Positions 32,233 through 42,251 of a stretch of 64,000 nucleotides of DNA are shown in pieces. The notes under the pieces are model-generated. The model had not been told where the DNA came from and did not search any database. It worked only from the letters and a program-made list of their open reading frames with translations. This DNA is from Fimbriimonadales bacterium (GTDB lineage Bacteria; Armatimonadota; Fimbriimonadia; Fimbriimonadales; ATM1): positions 18,152 through 82,151 of the forward strand of contig JBPCLO010000008.1 in the NCBI GenBank assembly GCA_051003155.1. Direction: 5' to 3'. Within the stretch, counting starts at the first letter, position 1. The number at the start of each line of letters is the position of its first letter. The position numbers were made by a program, and so were the translations under genes.

Positions 32233-32811
32233 ATGAACACAGCTTCGATCCATACGGAAGGCGAGTTGATCATGAAGGCGGCCAAGGGTTGCCGACGCTC
32301 GTTCGACGAGTTGGTGGATCGGCATTACCAGGGTGTCTACGCTCATGCGTTCCGCATCCTGAGAAACGGCGAAGACGCTGCGGACGCCACGCAAACGGCG
32401 TTCGTGAAGGCCCACCGTTCGCTAAAGGAGTTCGACCGGACGCGCCCCCTGCGCCCATGGCTCTACCGAATCTGCGGCAATGTCTGTATTGACATGGCGC
32501 GCGCCAAGCACAGGACCGACGAGGACCTGGACAAGCACGCCTACATGCTCGAGGCCCATGACCGGCCGGAGGAAGTTCTCGAGAATAGTGAGCTGCAAAG
32601 CAAGATTCACAGGGCAATATCGAACTTGCCGGAGCGATATCGGCGTATAGTAGTATTGAGGCATTACCAACAGATGGACGTCGAGGAGATCGCCAACATG
32701 GTCGGCGCTCCCGAGGGAACCATCAAGAGCTGGCTCTTTAGAGCGCGCGCTCTGCTCCGCAGGGAGCTGGCCCCATTTATCGAACACGGCCTCAAAGAAG
32801 CGACCGCGTGA
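32233..32811 (+). CDS. ECF RNA polymerase sigma factor
   Basis: DAADATQTAF, WLYRI (region 2); LPERYR...EIA...GTIKSWLFRAR (region 4). Confidence 0.95.
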   Translation: MNTASIHTEGELIMKAAKGCRRSFDELVDRHYQGVYAHAFRILRNGEDAADATQTAFVKAHRSLKEFDRTRPLRPWLYRICGNVCIDMARAKHRTDEDLDKHAYMLEAHDRPEEVLENSELQSKIHRAISNLPERYRRIVVLRHYQQMDVEEIANMVGAPEGTIKSWLFRARALLRRELAPFIEHGLKEATA

Positions 32812-33023
32812 AGTGTAAATTAGCTCAAGCCGAACTCGACGACGTCCTGGATGGTAAAGAAGCCATCCAGACCCGACGGCACTTACTAGAGTGCGCCGAC
32901 TGCCGTGGCGCCCTCGGTAGGAGGCGGCTCTTGCGCCGGCTTAAGCAAGACGCTGCACCCCTGGGCCCCGCCTTCCCGCGATACGAATCATCCCGCTCTT
33001 CTCACGGGCCTGCTCAAATTTAG
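32808..33023 (+). CDS. Zinc-finger (HxxxCxxC) anti-sigma domain protein, possibly truncated
   Basis: GTGA overlap with the sigma gene; HLLECADC motif; no TM segment. Confidence 0.65.
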   Translation: MKCKLAQAELDDVLDGKEAIQTRRHLLECADCRGALGRRRLLRRLKQDAAPLGPAFPRYESSRSSHGPAQI

Positions 33024-33358
33024 CCGCCTAAGAGCCACCGACAGGGCCCGGAACGTCGGATTGCAGAATCTGACGCTCGATGTAGCCACAGCCTTCCTGG
33101 AGGACACGGGAATCCCCGACATCTCCCAATCGGCCCGTGTGAACAAATCGACAAACCTTGCTCGCAATTGCGCCAAATAATCGGCCGGCATTGTCACTGA
33201 AACTCCCCTGTAATTCCAATTCTAGGGAGTAAATTTTGGGGAGCCAATATTTTTAGCGGGCTGGAGACCTGCGTGGGGGATGTATCACATGATTCGATCG
33301 GCTCCAGGTCTGCAGACCTCAGTCTCCAATCGTCCCCGCAGCCGGTAGAATCTTGCCG

Positions 33359-33892
33359 ATGTTTCGCTCTACCACAGTCATCGGCGTTGTTCGAGATGGC
33401 GCCGTCGCGGTAGCGGCCGACGGCCAAGTCACGCTCGGCGATGCGGGCACGATCGTTAAGCACACTGCCAAGAAGGTCCGCAAGCTGACGGGCGGCAAGG
33501 TGATTGCGGGCTTCGCGGGAAGCGTCGCCGATGCGCAGGCCCTTCAAGACCGCTTCGAGAAGAAGCTCGAGCAGTACGCGGGGAACCTCAAACGAGCCGC
33601 CGTGGAGTTTGCCAAGGACTGGCGGACGGACAAAATCCTGAGAAACCTCAACGCCATGATGCTCGTCGCGGAGCCGGGAACGGTGCTTCTCGTTTCAGGA
33701 GACGGCAACGTGATCGAGCCGGATGACGGGGTTGCAGGCATCGGCTCGGGCGGCCCGTTCGCCCTCGCCGCGGCGAGGGCGCTCATGCAGCACACCAAGA
33801 TGTCGGCGGAGGAAATCGCCAGGGAGAGCCTCATGATCGCCAGCGAGATTTGCATCTACACCAACGACAAGATCGTGATCGAGACTCTGTAG
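33359..33892 (+). CDS. hslV: ATP-dependent protease subunit HslV
   Basis: TTVIGV N-terminal nucleophile, [25 protein letters not shown]. Confidence 0.96.
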   Translation: MFRSTTVIGVVRDGAVAVAADGQVTLGDAGTIVKHTAKKVRKLTGGKVIAGFAGSVADAQALQDRFEKKLEQYAGNLKRAAVEFAKDWRTDKILRNLNAMMLVAEPGTVLLVSGDGNVIEPDDGVAGIGSGGPFALAAARALMQHTKMSAEEIARESLMIASEICIYTNDKIVIETL

Positions 33893-33997
33893 TTGCGAAT
33901 CATCTCCTCATCCTCGGAGAGATGAGGAGAGCTATGGCCGATTAACGGAGCCCTCACCCGGTTGGCAATTTCACCCGACTTTTCCGGAAGAGGTGAT

Positions 33998-34627
33998 CTA
34001 GAAAGCCATGCCCTCATAGTCTCGCATTAGGCCGACGACCTTGCCGATGATGCGGGCGTCTTCCTGTTTCACGGAAATGGGCTCGTAATCGGGGTTGCTG
34101 GGCATCAGCTTTACGTCCGACGGGCCGAAGCGAATGCGCTTTACCGTCGCTTCATCTCCCAGAAGGACGGCGACCAGATCGCCGTGGCGCGCGGTTTCCT
34201 GGGGCTTTATGATCACTAGATCGCGAGGCAGTATTCCTTCCCCGCTCATCGAGTCCCCGCGAACTCGGAGCAAGAAAGAGCCCGCGATGTTCCGTACCAT
34301 CTCGGAAGGCACCGGCACGAGGCCCTCGACGTTCTGGTCCGCAAGGATCGGGCTGCCTGCGGCAATCGTTCCCAACAGCGGGATCATGCGAACGTTGTTG
34401 GCAGGCTTGTACGCAGGGTGAATGATCTGGATCGAGCGCGGAGTCTTGCCACGCGCGATGTACCCCTTCCGGCTCAGCGCGTCGAGATGGACAGTCACCC
34501 CACGAAGGCTGTCGATGTTGAAGTTCTTTCCGATCTCCCTGATCGACGGCGGGTAGCCGTTATCCTGAAGATAATCGAGCACAAACTGCAGAACTGATTC
34601 TTGGCGATGCGTGAGTCCTTTTGTCAT
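33998..34627 (-). CDS. lexA: SOS repressor LexA
   Basis: GYPPSIREIG HTH, IAAG cleavage site, GDSM serine, ATVKR lysine. Confidence 0.97.
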   Translation of the reverse strand: MTKGLTHRQESVLQFVLDYLQDNGYPPSIREIGKNFNIDSLRGVTVHLDALSRKGYIARGKTPRSIQIIHPAYKPANNVRMIPLLGTIAAGSPILADQNVEGLVPVPSEMVRNIAGSFLLRVRGDSMSGEGILPRDLVIIKPQETARHGDLVAVLLGDEATVKRIRFGPSDVKLMPSNPDYEPISVKQEDARIIGKVVGLMRDYEGMAF

Positions 34628-34650
34628 ACTATCATCCGCTCCATGGGTGC

Positions 34651-34680
34651 ATTTTACACATACTTCTGTCTACCGGTCAA
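34651..34680 (-). promoter_or_regulatory. lexA promoter
   Basis: TTGACC-N18-TAAAAT with TG upstream of the -10; an imperfect palindrome lies in the spacer. Confidence 0.65.
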
Positions 34681-34767
34681 TGCCTAAAGACGTAGATATG
34701 AACCGCAAAGGTGCAGGTGTCGTGTCATAATCGGCGACAACTTACTTTTTCAGGGAGCCTTTTACTT

Positions 34768-36615
34768 TTGTCCATCACAAAACTTCGCGGTTGTTTTAGC
34801 TATGCCGGTCCACCCGTGGCCATACTTGTGGGCCTTGTGCTCATAGTCGGATTCCTCTGGCAAGGGCAACAAGGCGACGGCGCGGTAAACCAGGCGTCCG
34901 GAGCCGCCATGGGCCCACCGGCATTTACGCTGGATGGCTACAGCATCCATCAGGGGGAAATTCGCAACGCTGTGGAGGCTCAGCGCAAACAGCTCACGAT
35001 GCAAAAGACCCAGGCTGGCCAGCTCCCGGAGCTAACCCCTGCGGAGTCACTCGGGCTTTACACCCAGGCAGCAAGCGGCGCATTGGACCAAGCCGTGACA
35101 ATGGTTCTGGCCAAGAAGCAAGGAATAGTGGTGTCCGACGAAGAGCTTTCGAACTGGGTATTGCAAATGGAGAAAGATCAGATTGCCGGGTCGCAACAGA
35201 CGTTCGATATGATCAAGCAGTTCCAGGTTTCGGCGGCGCAGCAGAGGTTGGATGCCGCGAAGAAGAAGGACGCCAACTCGGCGGAAACCAAGGAAGCCAC
35301 AAAGGCGCTCGATGAAGTCACCAAGATTACTTTCGAGGAGAACTTCAAGGGCCAATCCGGAGGCCTCACGCCCGACCAGTACGTCGCAAGCCTAACGGAA
35401 ACGCTTCCCAAGCGATTGGGCGATCCGTTGTTCCGCCGTGCTGCCGAAGCCGGCGCTGCCCACGCTGAACTGACCGCCAAGTATGCCGAGAGAGTGGACG
35501 CTTCGGACGGGGCCCTAAAGATGACCTACGACAAGTTCGTCTACCACCAGATCGGGATTACCGAAGCTGGCGCAGAGGCGAAGGCGGCCGAGGTCCTCAA
35601 AAAGATTCGCGAGGGAATGGACTTCAAGGAGGCCGCCCGGCAGTTCACCGACCTCAAAGATGCCAAAGGCAATGCTAACCTCGACGAGGTGACCCAGCCA
35701 CGGTTCGACTTGATGAGCAACGCGGACTACGCCGGGCTCCTGATGCTCAAGCCCGGCGAGGTGAGCGATGTCGCAACCATCGGCGAAAGCGCGTACATCT
35801 ATAAGCTCAGCCAGGTCAAGCCGGACGTTCCCAAGGATTTCGACAAATTGAAGCAGGAGCGCGCCAAGACACTAAAGCAGCGCGTTTCCCAAGCCGAAGT
35901 CGCCAAGGCAACGGAGGCGGCGACGGAAGCGGCTAAAAAGAATGTGGTTTGGAAGGACCCCGCATGGAAGCTCGTGGCCGACTATGCGCAGTTCCAGCAG
36001 AGCGGTGGGCTTACGAAAGCCGAAAAGCTCAAGACCCTGAAGGACTTCTTAACCCGGTCAAAGGGCGTCACCACGGACAGCCCAGACATCCCAGTGCTGG
36101 TTCGCTACGCGGTGATCAACCAGCTCGACGTCGAACTTCCCGAAGGGGATGAAAAGAAAAAACTGAAGGCTGACTTGCTCGACTCGTACTCGCTCGTCAT
36201 CGACATAGCCCCGTCGACCGATTTGAGGTTTCAGTACGTGGAGGAGCTAATTCGAGCGGGCCAAGGCGACAAAGCGCTTGAGATTCTGCTTGACAACGCG
36301 CAGGCGGCCGCGCCTCCAGGTCCGCAGACTGCGCCCATCATCGCGCGCGTCGAAGAGCTTCTGCCACGTGCGGCTAACCTGGCCACCAAGGGCACCGATG
36401 TGGTAGACCAGGTACAAAAAGAGATAACAGGATGGCGAACAGAAGAAGCAGAGTCGAAGAAGGCGGCAGAAGAGATCAAACGGGAGAACGAGAAGCTGGA
36501 AGAAGAGCTTCGCAAGAAGGAGGCCGCCGAGAAGGCGAACTCTTCAGGGGCCAAACCTCCGACCGCCACACCGCCGACCCCAGCGCCGACACCGCCGTCC
36601 AATCCGGGCGGATAG
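34768..36615 (+). CDS. Membrane-anchored SurA/PpiD-like chaperone
   Basis: N-terminal TM, SurA-N-like AKKQGIVVSDEEL, parvulin-like GMDFKEAARQF...LKPGEVSD; Pro-rich tail. Confidence 0.7.
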   Translation: MSITKLRGCFSYAGPPVAILVGLVLIVGFLWQGQQGDGAVNQASGAAMGPPAFTLDGYSIHQGEIRNAVEAQRKQLTMQKTQAGQLPELTPAESLGLYTQAASGALDQAVTMVLAKKQGIVVSDEELSNWVLQMEKDQIAGSQQTFDMIKQFQVSAAQQRLDAAKKKDANSAETKEATKALDEVTKITFEENFKGQSGGLTPDQYVASLTETLPKRLGDPLFRRAAEAGAAHAELTAKYAERVDASDGALKMTYDKFVYHQIGITEAGAEAKAAEVLKKIREGMDFKEAARQFTDLKDAKGNANLDEVTQPRFDLMSNADYAGLLMLKPGEVSDVATIGESAYIYKLSQVKPDVPKDFDKLKQERAKTLKQRVSQAEVAKATEAATEAAKKNVVWKDPAWKLVADYAQFQQSGGLTKAEKLKTLKDFLTRSKGVTTDSPDIPVLVRYAVINQLDVELPEGDEKKKLKADLLDSYSLVIDIAPSTDLRFQYVEELIRAGQGDKALEILLDNAQAAAPPGPQTAPIIARVEELLPRAANLATKGTDVVDQVQKEITGWRTEEAESKKAAEEIKRENEKLEEELRKKEAAEKANSSGAKPPTATPPTPAPTPPSNPGG

Positions 36616-36617
36616 TC

Positions 36618-37289
36618 TTGATCGCCACCCCGATTGGCAACTTGGGCGACCTGTCTCCCAGGGCGATCGAATCGTTGCAAACCGCAGACCTCGTGGCTGC
36701 GGAAGACACTCGCATCACGGGAAAACTCCTGACATTGAAAGGCATCAAGAAACCCTTCGTTCGAATCGACGAGCACACGGATAGGAACCGCCTCGAAGAC
36801 CTGGTTCGCCAAGCTGCGTCAGGCAAAATCATTGCTCTTGCCACCGACGCCGGCACCCCCGGCATTAGCGATCCGGGTGTGGAACTCGTCGAGGTTGCAT
36901 ACGAGTTCGGCGTGCAGATCGATGCCATTCCGGGGCCGTCCGCGGTTACGAACGCGCTCGCGCTGAGCGGGTTCTTCGCGCAAAAGTACACTTTCCTCGG
37001 GTTCCTGTCTAAAAAGCCGGGGTCGTTGCGCTCCGAACTTGAGTCTTATTTAACATCAAGCATGACACTGGTGTTCTTCGAGTCGCCGCATCGGATCGGA
37101 AAGACGTTGAAGGCAGTTGTCGAAACGTTGGGAGATCGCCGTGTTGCGGTGTGCAGGGAAATGACGAAGCTTCACCAAGACGTTCGTCGCGGTAGAATAT
37201 CTGAAGTTGTGGAGACGAACCTTGCGGTGAAGGGCGAATACACGGTCGTGGTCGAGGGATTTAGGCGTGGGGTTGCGCGAGCCGACTAG
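36618..37289 (+). CDS. rsmI: 16S rRNA (C1402-2'-O)-methyltransferase
   Basis: ATPIGNLGDLSPRA, AEDTR, DAGTPGISDPG, FESPHRI, REMTKLH; start uncertain. Confidence 0.95.
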   Translation: MIATPIGNLGDLSPRAIESLQTADLVAAEDTRITGKLLTLKGIKKPFVRIDEHTDRNRLEDLVRQAASGKIIALATDAGTPGISDPGVELVEVAYEFGVQIDAIPGPSAVTNALALSGFFAQKYTFLGFLSKKPGSLRSELESYLTSSMTLVFFESPHRIGKTLKAVVETLGDRRVAVCREMTKLHQDVRRGRISEVVETNLAVKGEYTVVVEGFRRGVARAD

Positions 37290-37392
37290 ATTTGCTACAA
37301 TAGACGCAATGCCGGGCAACCGGTCTGCGACTGAACCAAGGAGGGTACAGATGGCAACGATTGCTCGAAACTTACAATTTAGGAGTGTTCCA

Positions 37393-38325
37393 ATGCGCAA
37401 TCTATTTCTGGCGCTGTTATTGCTGATAGGTACGGTAGCGACTTGTTTCGCGCAGAGTACTCTGGATCCGTATCGCCTGAAGGTCGAAGACGTTGTCGCA
37501 ATCCGAGTATTTGGGGAGGCTGACATGAGCGTAGACGGCCCGATCAATTTCGACGGGACGATCAGCGTGCCTTTCCTTGGCTTCGTCAGGGCCGCCGGGA
37601 GAACGACTCCTGAACTCGAGAAGTTTATCCGCGATGAACTCAAGAGTCAGCAATATTTTGTCGACCCACAAGTGACTGTCAACGTGATCCAGTTCAAGCC
37701 CCTGCGTGCGAGCGTTGTCGGTGGTGTCATTCGGCCAGGCGAATTCACCTACAAGCCTGGGGACCGAGTCCTTGGCTTAATTACTCAAGCGCAGGGTCCG
37801 CAGTTCAACCGAGCAAATCTCAGGAAGGCGACCCTCGTGCGCAAAGGCAGCATGGAACAGATTCCGCTCGACCTGCACTCGATGCTTACCCGCGGAGATC
37901 TTTCTCAGAACTTCGAGCTCCACGACGGTGACATTATCAATATTCCGGAAACTCGAACCAACCGGGTGAGTGTTATAGGTCTTGTGCAGCGGCCAGGGCA
38001 GTTCGATTGGTTCGAGGGGATGACGCTGGCGGACGCGGTATCGGGCGCCGGTGGTGAGATTCCCTATCGCAGCCGCATGTCGGCTGTTCAGGTGCAGCGG
38101 GTGGTGCCGGGCCGAGAATACGCTTACACGCGCTTCTCCGTCGACTTCACAAAGTTCACTTCGAAGAATGATTTCACGCAGAACATTGCCCTGGAGCCGG
38201 GTGATGTTATTTTTGTGCCGAGCTCGAAGAGTTTGGATATCAATCAGCTGTCTCAATACGCGAGCGTTGCGTTCACCGTCGCGAGCCTGCTGAACGGAAA
38301 CTTCTCCTTCTTCCCGAGATTCTAG
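37393..38325 (+). CDS. Polysaccharide export protein (Poly_export plus SLBB, Wza-like)
   Basis: Signal peptide, DGTISVPFLG.V.AAG.T, two SLBB repeats (G.V.RPG), L.PGDVIFVP. Confidence 0.9.
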   Translation: MRNLFLALLLLIGTVATCFAQSTLDPYRLKVEDVVAIRVFGEADMSVDGPINFDGTISVPFLGFVRAAGRTTPELEKFIRDELKSQQYFVDPQVTVNVIQFKPLRASVVGGVIRPGEFTYKPGDRVLGLITQAQGPQFNRANLRKATLVRKGSMEQIPLDLHSMLTRGDLSQNFELHDGDIINIPETRTNRVSVIGLVQRPGQFDWFEGMTLADAVSGAGGEIPYRSRMSAVQVQRVVPGREYAYTRFSVDFTKFTSKNDFTQNIALEPGDVIFVPSSKSLDINQLSQYASVAFTVASLLNGNFSFFPRF

Positions 38326-38341
38326 CTGGAGGCATATGTAA

Positions 38342-40522
38342 TTGGGACGCGGTAAATTCCTTCGATCTTTGAAGCAGCGATGGTGGCTGTTACTTCTCCT
38401 TGTTATTCCCGCAACGCTGGGAACACTTTTCTGGACGATCTACTCGCCGGCCAAGTACGAGGCGTTTATGACGCTCGCGGACAGGCGACCATCGGACATC
38501 GGCCAAACGGTTCTTTACCAGGATGAACTTATCGGGCGAGCCGTCAACGACCAGGAGATTCGAGTTCTCAACCTGGCCAACACCATCAGCTCCTATACGG
38601 TTCTCAAAACCGCCTATGACGAGCTCGGCGCCACGGGGGTAATCGACAAGAATAAAGTGGACGAAGCCGAGTTCGTCAACAAGGTGTCCGTCAACCCACT
38701 GCGTGGTACTGAATATCTCCAGGTTAGCTACGTGGCTAACGAGCCAAAGACGGCTCGCTCCGTCATCGACACCATCCACCGGAAGTTTATGTCCCGCTAT
38801 CGCCAGCTAAGCGCGGACATTTCTACCCTGCGCACCAAATTTGTCCAAGAGCAGCTCAAGGCCGCACAAGCTTCGTATGCGGAGAAGCTGCAGAAGCAGC
38901 AGGAGTTTCAAGAGAGGCACCCTGGCGGCATCGCCTACGATGCCAGTACGCAAGGACTCGTCATGCAACTCGGTCAGGCCAAGGTCCGCTATGCGGAAGC
39001 GCAGCGAAGCAGCGCCGCCGCTCAGGGCCAGTTCAACACGGCCAGCGAGCAGCTTAAAAGCGACGATATCAAGCAGCCGTTCAAAACGGTCACCGAAATT
39101 CTTAACCCGGTCTACAGTTCCATCAGCGACCGAATCGCCGAAAGCGAATCGACCTTGAAGGGTTTGCGCGAGCGCTACGGCATGAAGCACCCCAGAGTCG
39201 TGGGCGTCCAAACGTCGATCGACGAGGACCGATCGCTGCTTGCAAAAACCGACCGCATCTACAAAATCGGTCAAGAGCCCCGTTTGTCACCTGTGCAAAT
39301 CGAGGCAACCCAGGCCAAATTCGCTGCGGAACGCGCAATGAGTTCTTCCGCCAAGGAGATGCAGAACGCCGAAGGCGCGATCGCGCAGATCAAGTCCCAG
39401 CTCGACCAACTCCCGGCGGTCCAAAAGGAACTGACCGGCCTCCAGGCCGAACTCCAAGCCGAGGCGGACAGCGTGCGAAACCTCACCCAGAAGCTCGGCG
39501 AGTCGACGGTTCGTCAGGCGCAGAACGAAAACCCGACCATCTACATGCTCGACGACCCGCAGTTTAGGGAAGTGCCGCGAAACACGGCGCTCAAAACTCT
39601 AATCGCGCTCTTCCTTTCGTCGATCGTCGCGGTTTCGCTTATTGCCAGCCTCGGCCAGGTCGACCAAGGTACGTACACGCCGATCGAGGCGGAGAACAGC
39701 CTTGGCTTCCCGGTTATCGCGGTTCTGCCCAGGAGCGGGCAGCAGCGGCTCAGCACCGGTGTGGAGCAGGCGACCGCCCTCGCGGCCAGCTACCAAATCC
39801 TTTCCACGGAAATCATGGCCGTCAAGGAAAAGCTGGCCGGTCCAGGCATATTGGTTGCCGCTGCCGAGCCTAATGCGGGCCGGTCTACAGTCTCGGCGAA
39901 CCTTGCCATCAGCTTGGCGAGGGACGGCGCGCGCGTTCTGCTCATCGATTCCGACCTCCGGGCTCCCAGCCTGCACACGCACTTCGGCCTAGAGAACCGT
40001 GCCGGCCTCGCAGAAATCCTGCAGGGGGCGGCCACCGTGGAGAACGTTGTGCAACCAACCGGCGTCGACGGCCTTCTCTTCATCGCAGCCGGCCAACCGC
40101 CGGTCAACCCCGTCAAGCTGTTCCACGGCGAAGGCATCGACCAGTTCATCGAACTCGTCAGCAAAGGTGCGGACTACATCATTTTCGACAGCCCCGCGGG
40201 TAGCACTTTTGGCGATGCGGCCGTTCTCGCGATGAACGTCCAGAACGTGGTCCTTGTGCACGAGGCCGGCCGGCCGCCGAGTGTTTCCGAATACGAATTC
40301 CACAAATCGCTGGAGCGCCTCGGCGTGAACGTCATCGGAATGGTGTTGAACAAGGCTCGCCAAGACGATTGCCCGGCCTACCAACACTTTCGACGCAATT
40401 ACGAGTCGACTCTCGGAAGCTACCATCCTGGCGCCGCCCCCGCCGCCCTCGGTTCGGGCGACAAGCCCGTTCGAGACAAGACGGACCAATACGGGGCGCA
40501 ACGCGGCGAGGACGACGAGTAA
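38342..40522 (+). CDS. Polysaccharide co-polymerase / BY-kinase (Wzc-like)
   Basis: Two TMs flanking a coiled-coil; cytoplasmic AGRST (variant Walker A), LIDSDLR, IIFDSP, GMVLNK. Confidence 0.9.
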   Translation: MGRGKFLRSLKQRWWLLLLLVIPATLGTLFWTIYSPAKYEAFMTLADRRPSDIGQTVLYQDELIGRAVNDQEIRVLNLANTISSYTVLKTAYDELGATGVIDKNKVDEAEFVNKVSVNPLRGTEYLQVSYVANEPKTARSVIDTIHRKFMSRYRQLSADISTLRTKFVQEQLKAAQASYAEKLQKQQEFQERHPGGIAYDASTQGLVMQLGQAKVRYAEAQRSSAAAQGQFNTASEQLKSDDIKQPFKTVTEILNPVYSSISDRIAESESTLKGLRERYGMKHPRVVGVQTSIDEDRSLLAKTDRIYKIGQEPRLSPVQIEATQAKFAAERAMSSSAKEMQNAEGAIAQIKSQLDQLPAVQKELTGLQAELQAEADSVRNLTQKLGESTVRQAQNENPTIYMLDDPQFREVPRNTALKTLIALFLSSIVAVSLIASLGQVDQGTYTPIEAENSLGFPVIAVLPRSGQQRLSTGVEQATALAASYQILSTEIMAVKEKLAGPGILVAAAEPNAGRSTVSANLAISLARDGARVLLIDSDLRAPSLHTHFGLENRAGLAEILQGAATVENVVQPTGVDGLLFIAAGQPPVNPVKLFHGEGIDQFIELVSKGADYIIFDSPAGSTFGDAAVLAMNVQNVVLVHEAGRPPSVSEYEFHKSLERLGVNVIGMVLNKARQDDCPAYQHFRRNYESTLGSYHPGAAPAALGSGDKPVRDKTDQYGAQRGEDDE

Positions 40523-40549
40523 GAAGGTCCCGATCGTGGGTCGTTCCGC

Positions 40550-41215
40550 ATGAAGAGTCAGACTCCGATCAGATCGACGTACGCGACCCACATCCCTCAG
40601 GTGCGGGTCGCGTACGCTCTTTGGAAGCGGGTCCTAGACGTCGTCGGTAGCATCGTTCTCATCGCCCTTCTTTCGCCAGTGCTGGCAGCTATCGCGCTGC
40701 TGGTTAAATTTACGAGTCAAGGAAGGGTCATCTACCAATCGCCGAGGATTGGCAAGGGAGGCGTGCAGTTTCCTTTTTACAAGTTCCGGTCGATGTATGA
40801 GGATGCCGACAAAAGGTTAGGCGATCTGCTCGCGGAAGGAAGCAACGAGAAAGACGGGCCGATCTTCAAGATGAAAAATGACCCGCGAATTACGCCGATC
40901 GGAGTGTTCCTGCGCAAGTACAGCCTGGACGAACTGCCTCAACTTTTCAACGTTCTAAAGGGCGAGATGAGCCTCGTCGGACCACGGCCACCAATCCCGC
41001 GCGAAGTGGACCAGTACGATGAGAAGGCCTTTGTTCGTCTTTGCGTGACACCCGGAATTACCTGCCTTTGGCAAATTTGCGGCAGAAGCGACACGACCTT
41101 CGATGAGTGGATGGCGCTCGACACTCTCTATGTCGAGCAAATGTCCTTTTGGTTGGACTTGAAGATTCTGCTCAAGACGCCCACCGCTGTTTTGCGCGGG
41201 GATGGAGCGTATTGA
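40550..41215 (+). CDS. Priming sugar-phosphate transferase
   Basis: KRVLD, KFRSM, DPRITPIG.FLRKYSLDELPQLFNVLKGEMSLVGPRP. Confidence 0.95.
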   Translation: MKSQTPIRSTYATHIPQVRVAYALWKRVLDVVGSIVLIALLSPVLAAIALLVKFTSQGRVIYQSPRIGKGGVQFPFYKFRSMYEDADKRLGDLLAEGSNEKDGPIFKMKNDPRITPIGVFLRKYSLDELPQLFNVLKGEMSLVGPRPPIPREVDQYDEKAFVRLCVTPGITCLWQICGRSDTTFDEWMALDTLYVEQMSFWLDLKILLKTPTAVLRGDGAY

Positions 41216-41264
41216 TAACTTTTGTTGTTCTAATTTTGGAGAAGCTGTGAAGGAAGACCCTTTA

Positions 41265-42251
41265 ATGGAGCCGGCGCCGGTCGTCGAGCCCACGGACACC
41301 CGGCCGCCCTTGGACCCCGACGAGATCGAGATTCCTTTTGTAGGAATGAGGCTCGAAAGGCGGATCATGCCATGGCTCGTAGCTGCGCTGGGTGCGCTAC
41401 TGCTCCTTGGTTGGTTCTTTCTTAGCAGACTTCCCTCAGTGTGGTTCGACGAAGAAGGTTATTACTCTCATGGCCTGCTCATTCCCTTTATGGCCATCGC
41501 CGTCATCTACGCGCGCCGGGACAAAATTAGGGCGGAACCAGTCGGCAGCTCCAGCATCGGCCTGATTCTCATGATTCTGGGGCTTGCGAGCCTGCTCGCC
41601 AGCAAGGTGATCGACAACCTTTCGCTTGCAGCATTCTCGTTTATCCTCGCGACCGTCGGCGGCGTACTATTCGCATTCGGCAGGAAGATATCGAAGCACA
41701 TCGTCGGTCCCGTCCTATTTCTCGTTTTCATGATGCCCGTTCTGGGCTGGGCGATCGACTCGTGGACTAACCCTCTTCAACTCGCTTCCACCAAGGTCGC
41801 CGACAAAATGCTGAATGTCGCCGGTTACGAAACCGATATGTCGCCTGCGCAGCCGACCGTCATTCACATGAACAACTATCCGCTGAACGTCGGCGGGCCC
41901 TGCAGCGGTTTCAAGCTGATCCTATCGCTCGTCGCCTTCACGTCTTTCTTCGCAATGATCTCGGGGCTTGGCTGGAAGAAGAATGCGCTGCTCTTCGCGA
42001 TCACGCTCCCGCTGGCGCTCTTTGTCAACGGTTTGCGAATCATGCTCATCGGGGCTGTCGGTGAGAGCCAGACGACCCAAACTCCGATCCTATCCTCCTT
42101 CGCCAGTTGGTTGAGAAACTACGGCGACGACGCTGGAATGGTATTTCACGATTACAGCGGATACATCACGCTTCTAGTCTGCTTTGTGATTCTTCACTTC
42201 ATTGTCAGAGCCCTCGAGGGCAGGAGGCAACCTGATGCAGTCGCGAGTTAA
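41265..42251 (+). CDS. Exosortase (EpsH family)
   Basis: YSHGLLIP, catalytic CSG, N.LRI, FHD triad; multi-pass membrane protein. Confidence 0.93.
   Translation: MEPAPVVEPTDTRPPLDPDEIEIPFVGMRLERRIMPWLVAALGALLLLGWFFLSRLPSVWFDEEGYYSHGLLIPFMAIAVIYARRDKIRAEPVGSSSIGLILMILGLASLLASKVIDNLSLAAFSFILATVGGVLFAFGRKISKHIVGPVLFLVFMMPVLGWAIDSWTNPLQLASTKVADKMLNVAGYETDMSPAQPTVIHMNNYPLNVGGPCSGFKLILSLVAFTSFFAMISGLGWKKNALLFAITLPLALFVNGLRIMLIGAVGESQTTQTPILSSFASWLRNYGDDAGMVFHDYSGYITLLVCFVILHFIVRALEGRRQPDAVAS

Noticed and set aside
33359..33892. hslV without hslU (likewise gatCA without gatB, and pilus genes without pilB/C/D) as a novel system
   Set aside because: Partner genes are often encoded elsewhere; a single window cannot show absence.
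38336..38344. ATG-TAA directly before the wzc-like gene as a nonsense mutation
   Set aside because: The TTG at 38342 is at better spacing from GGAGG (9 nt versus 3 nt) and gives a full protein; cannot be resolved without homologs.
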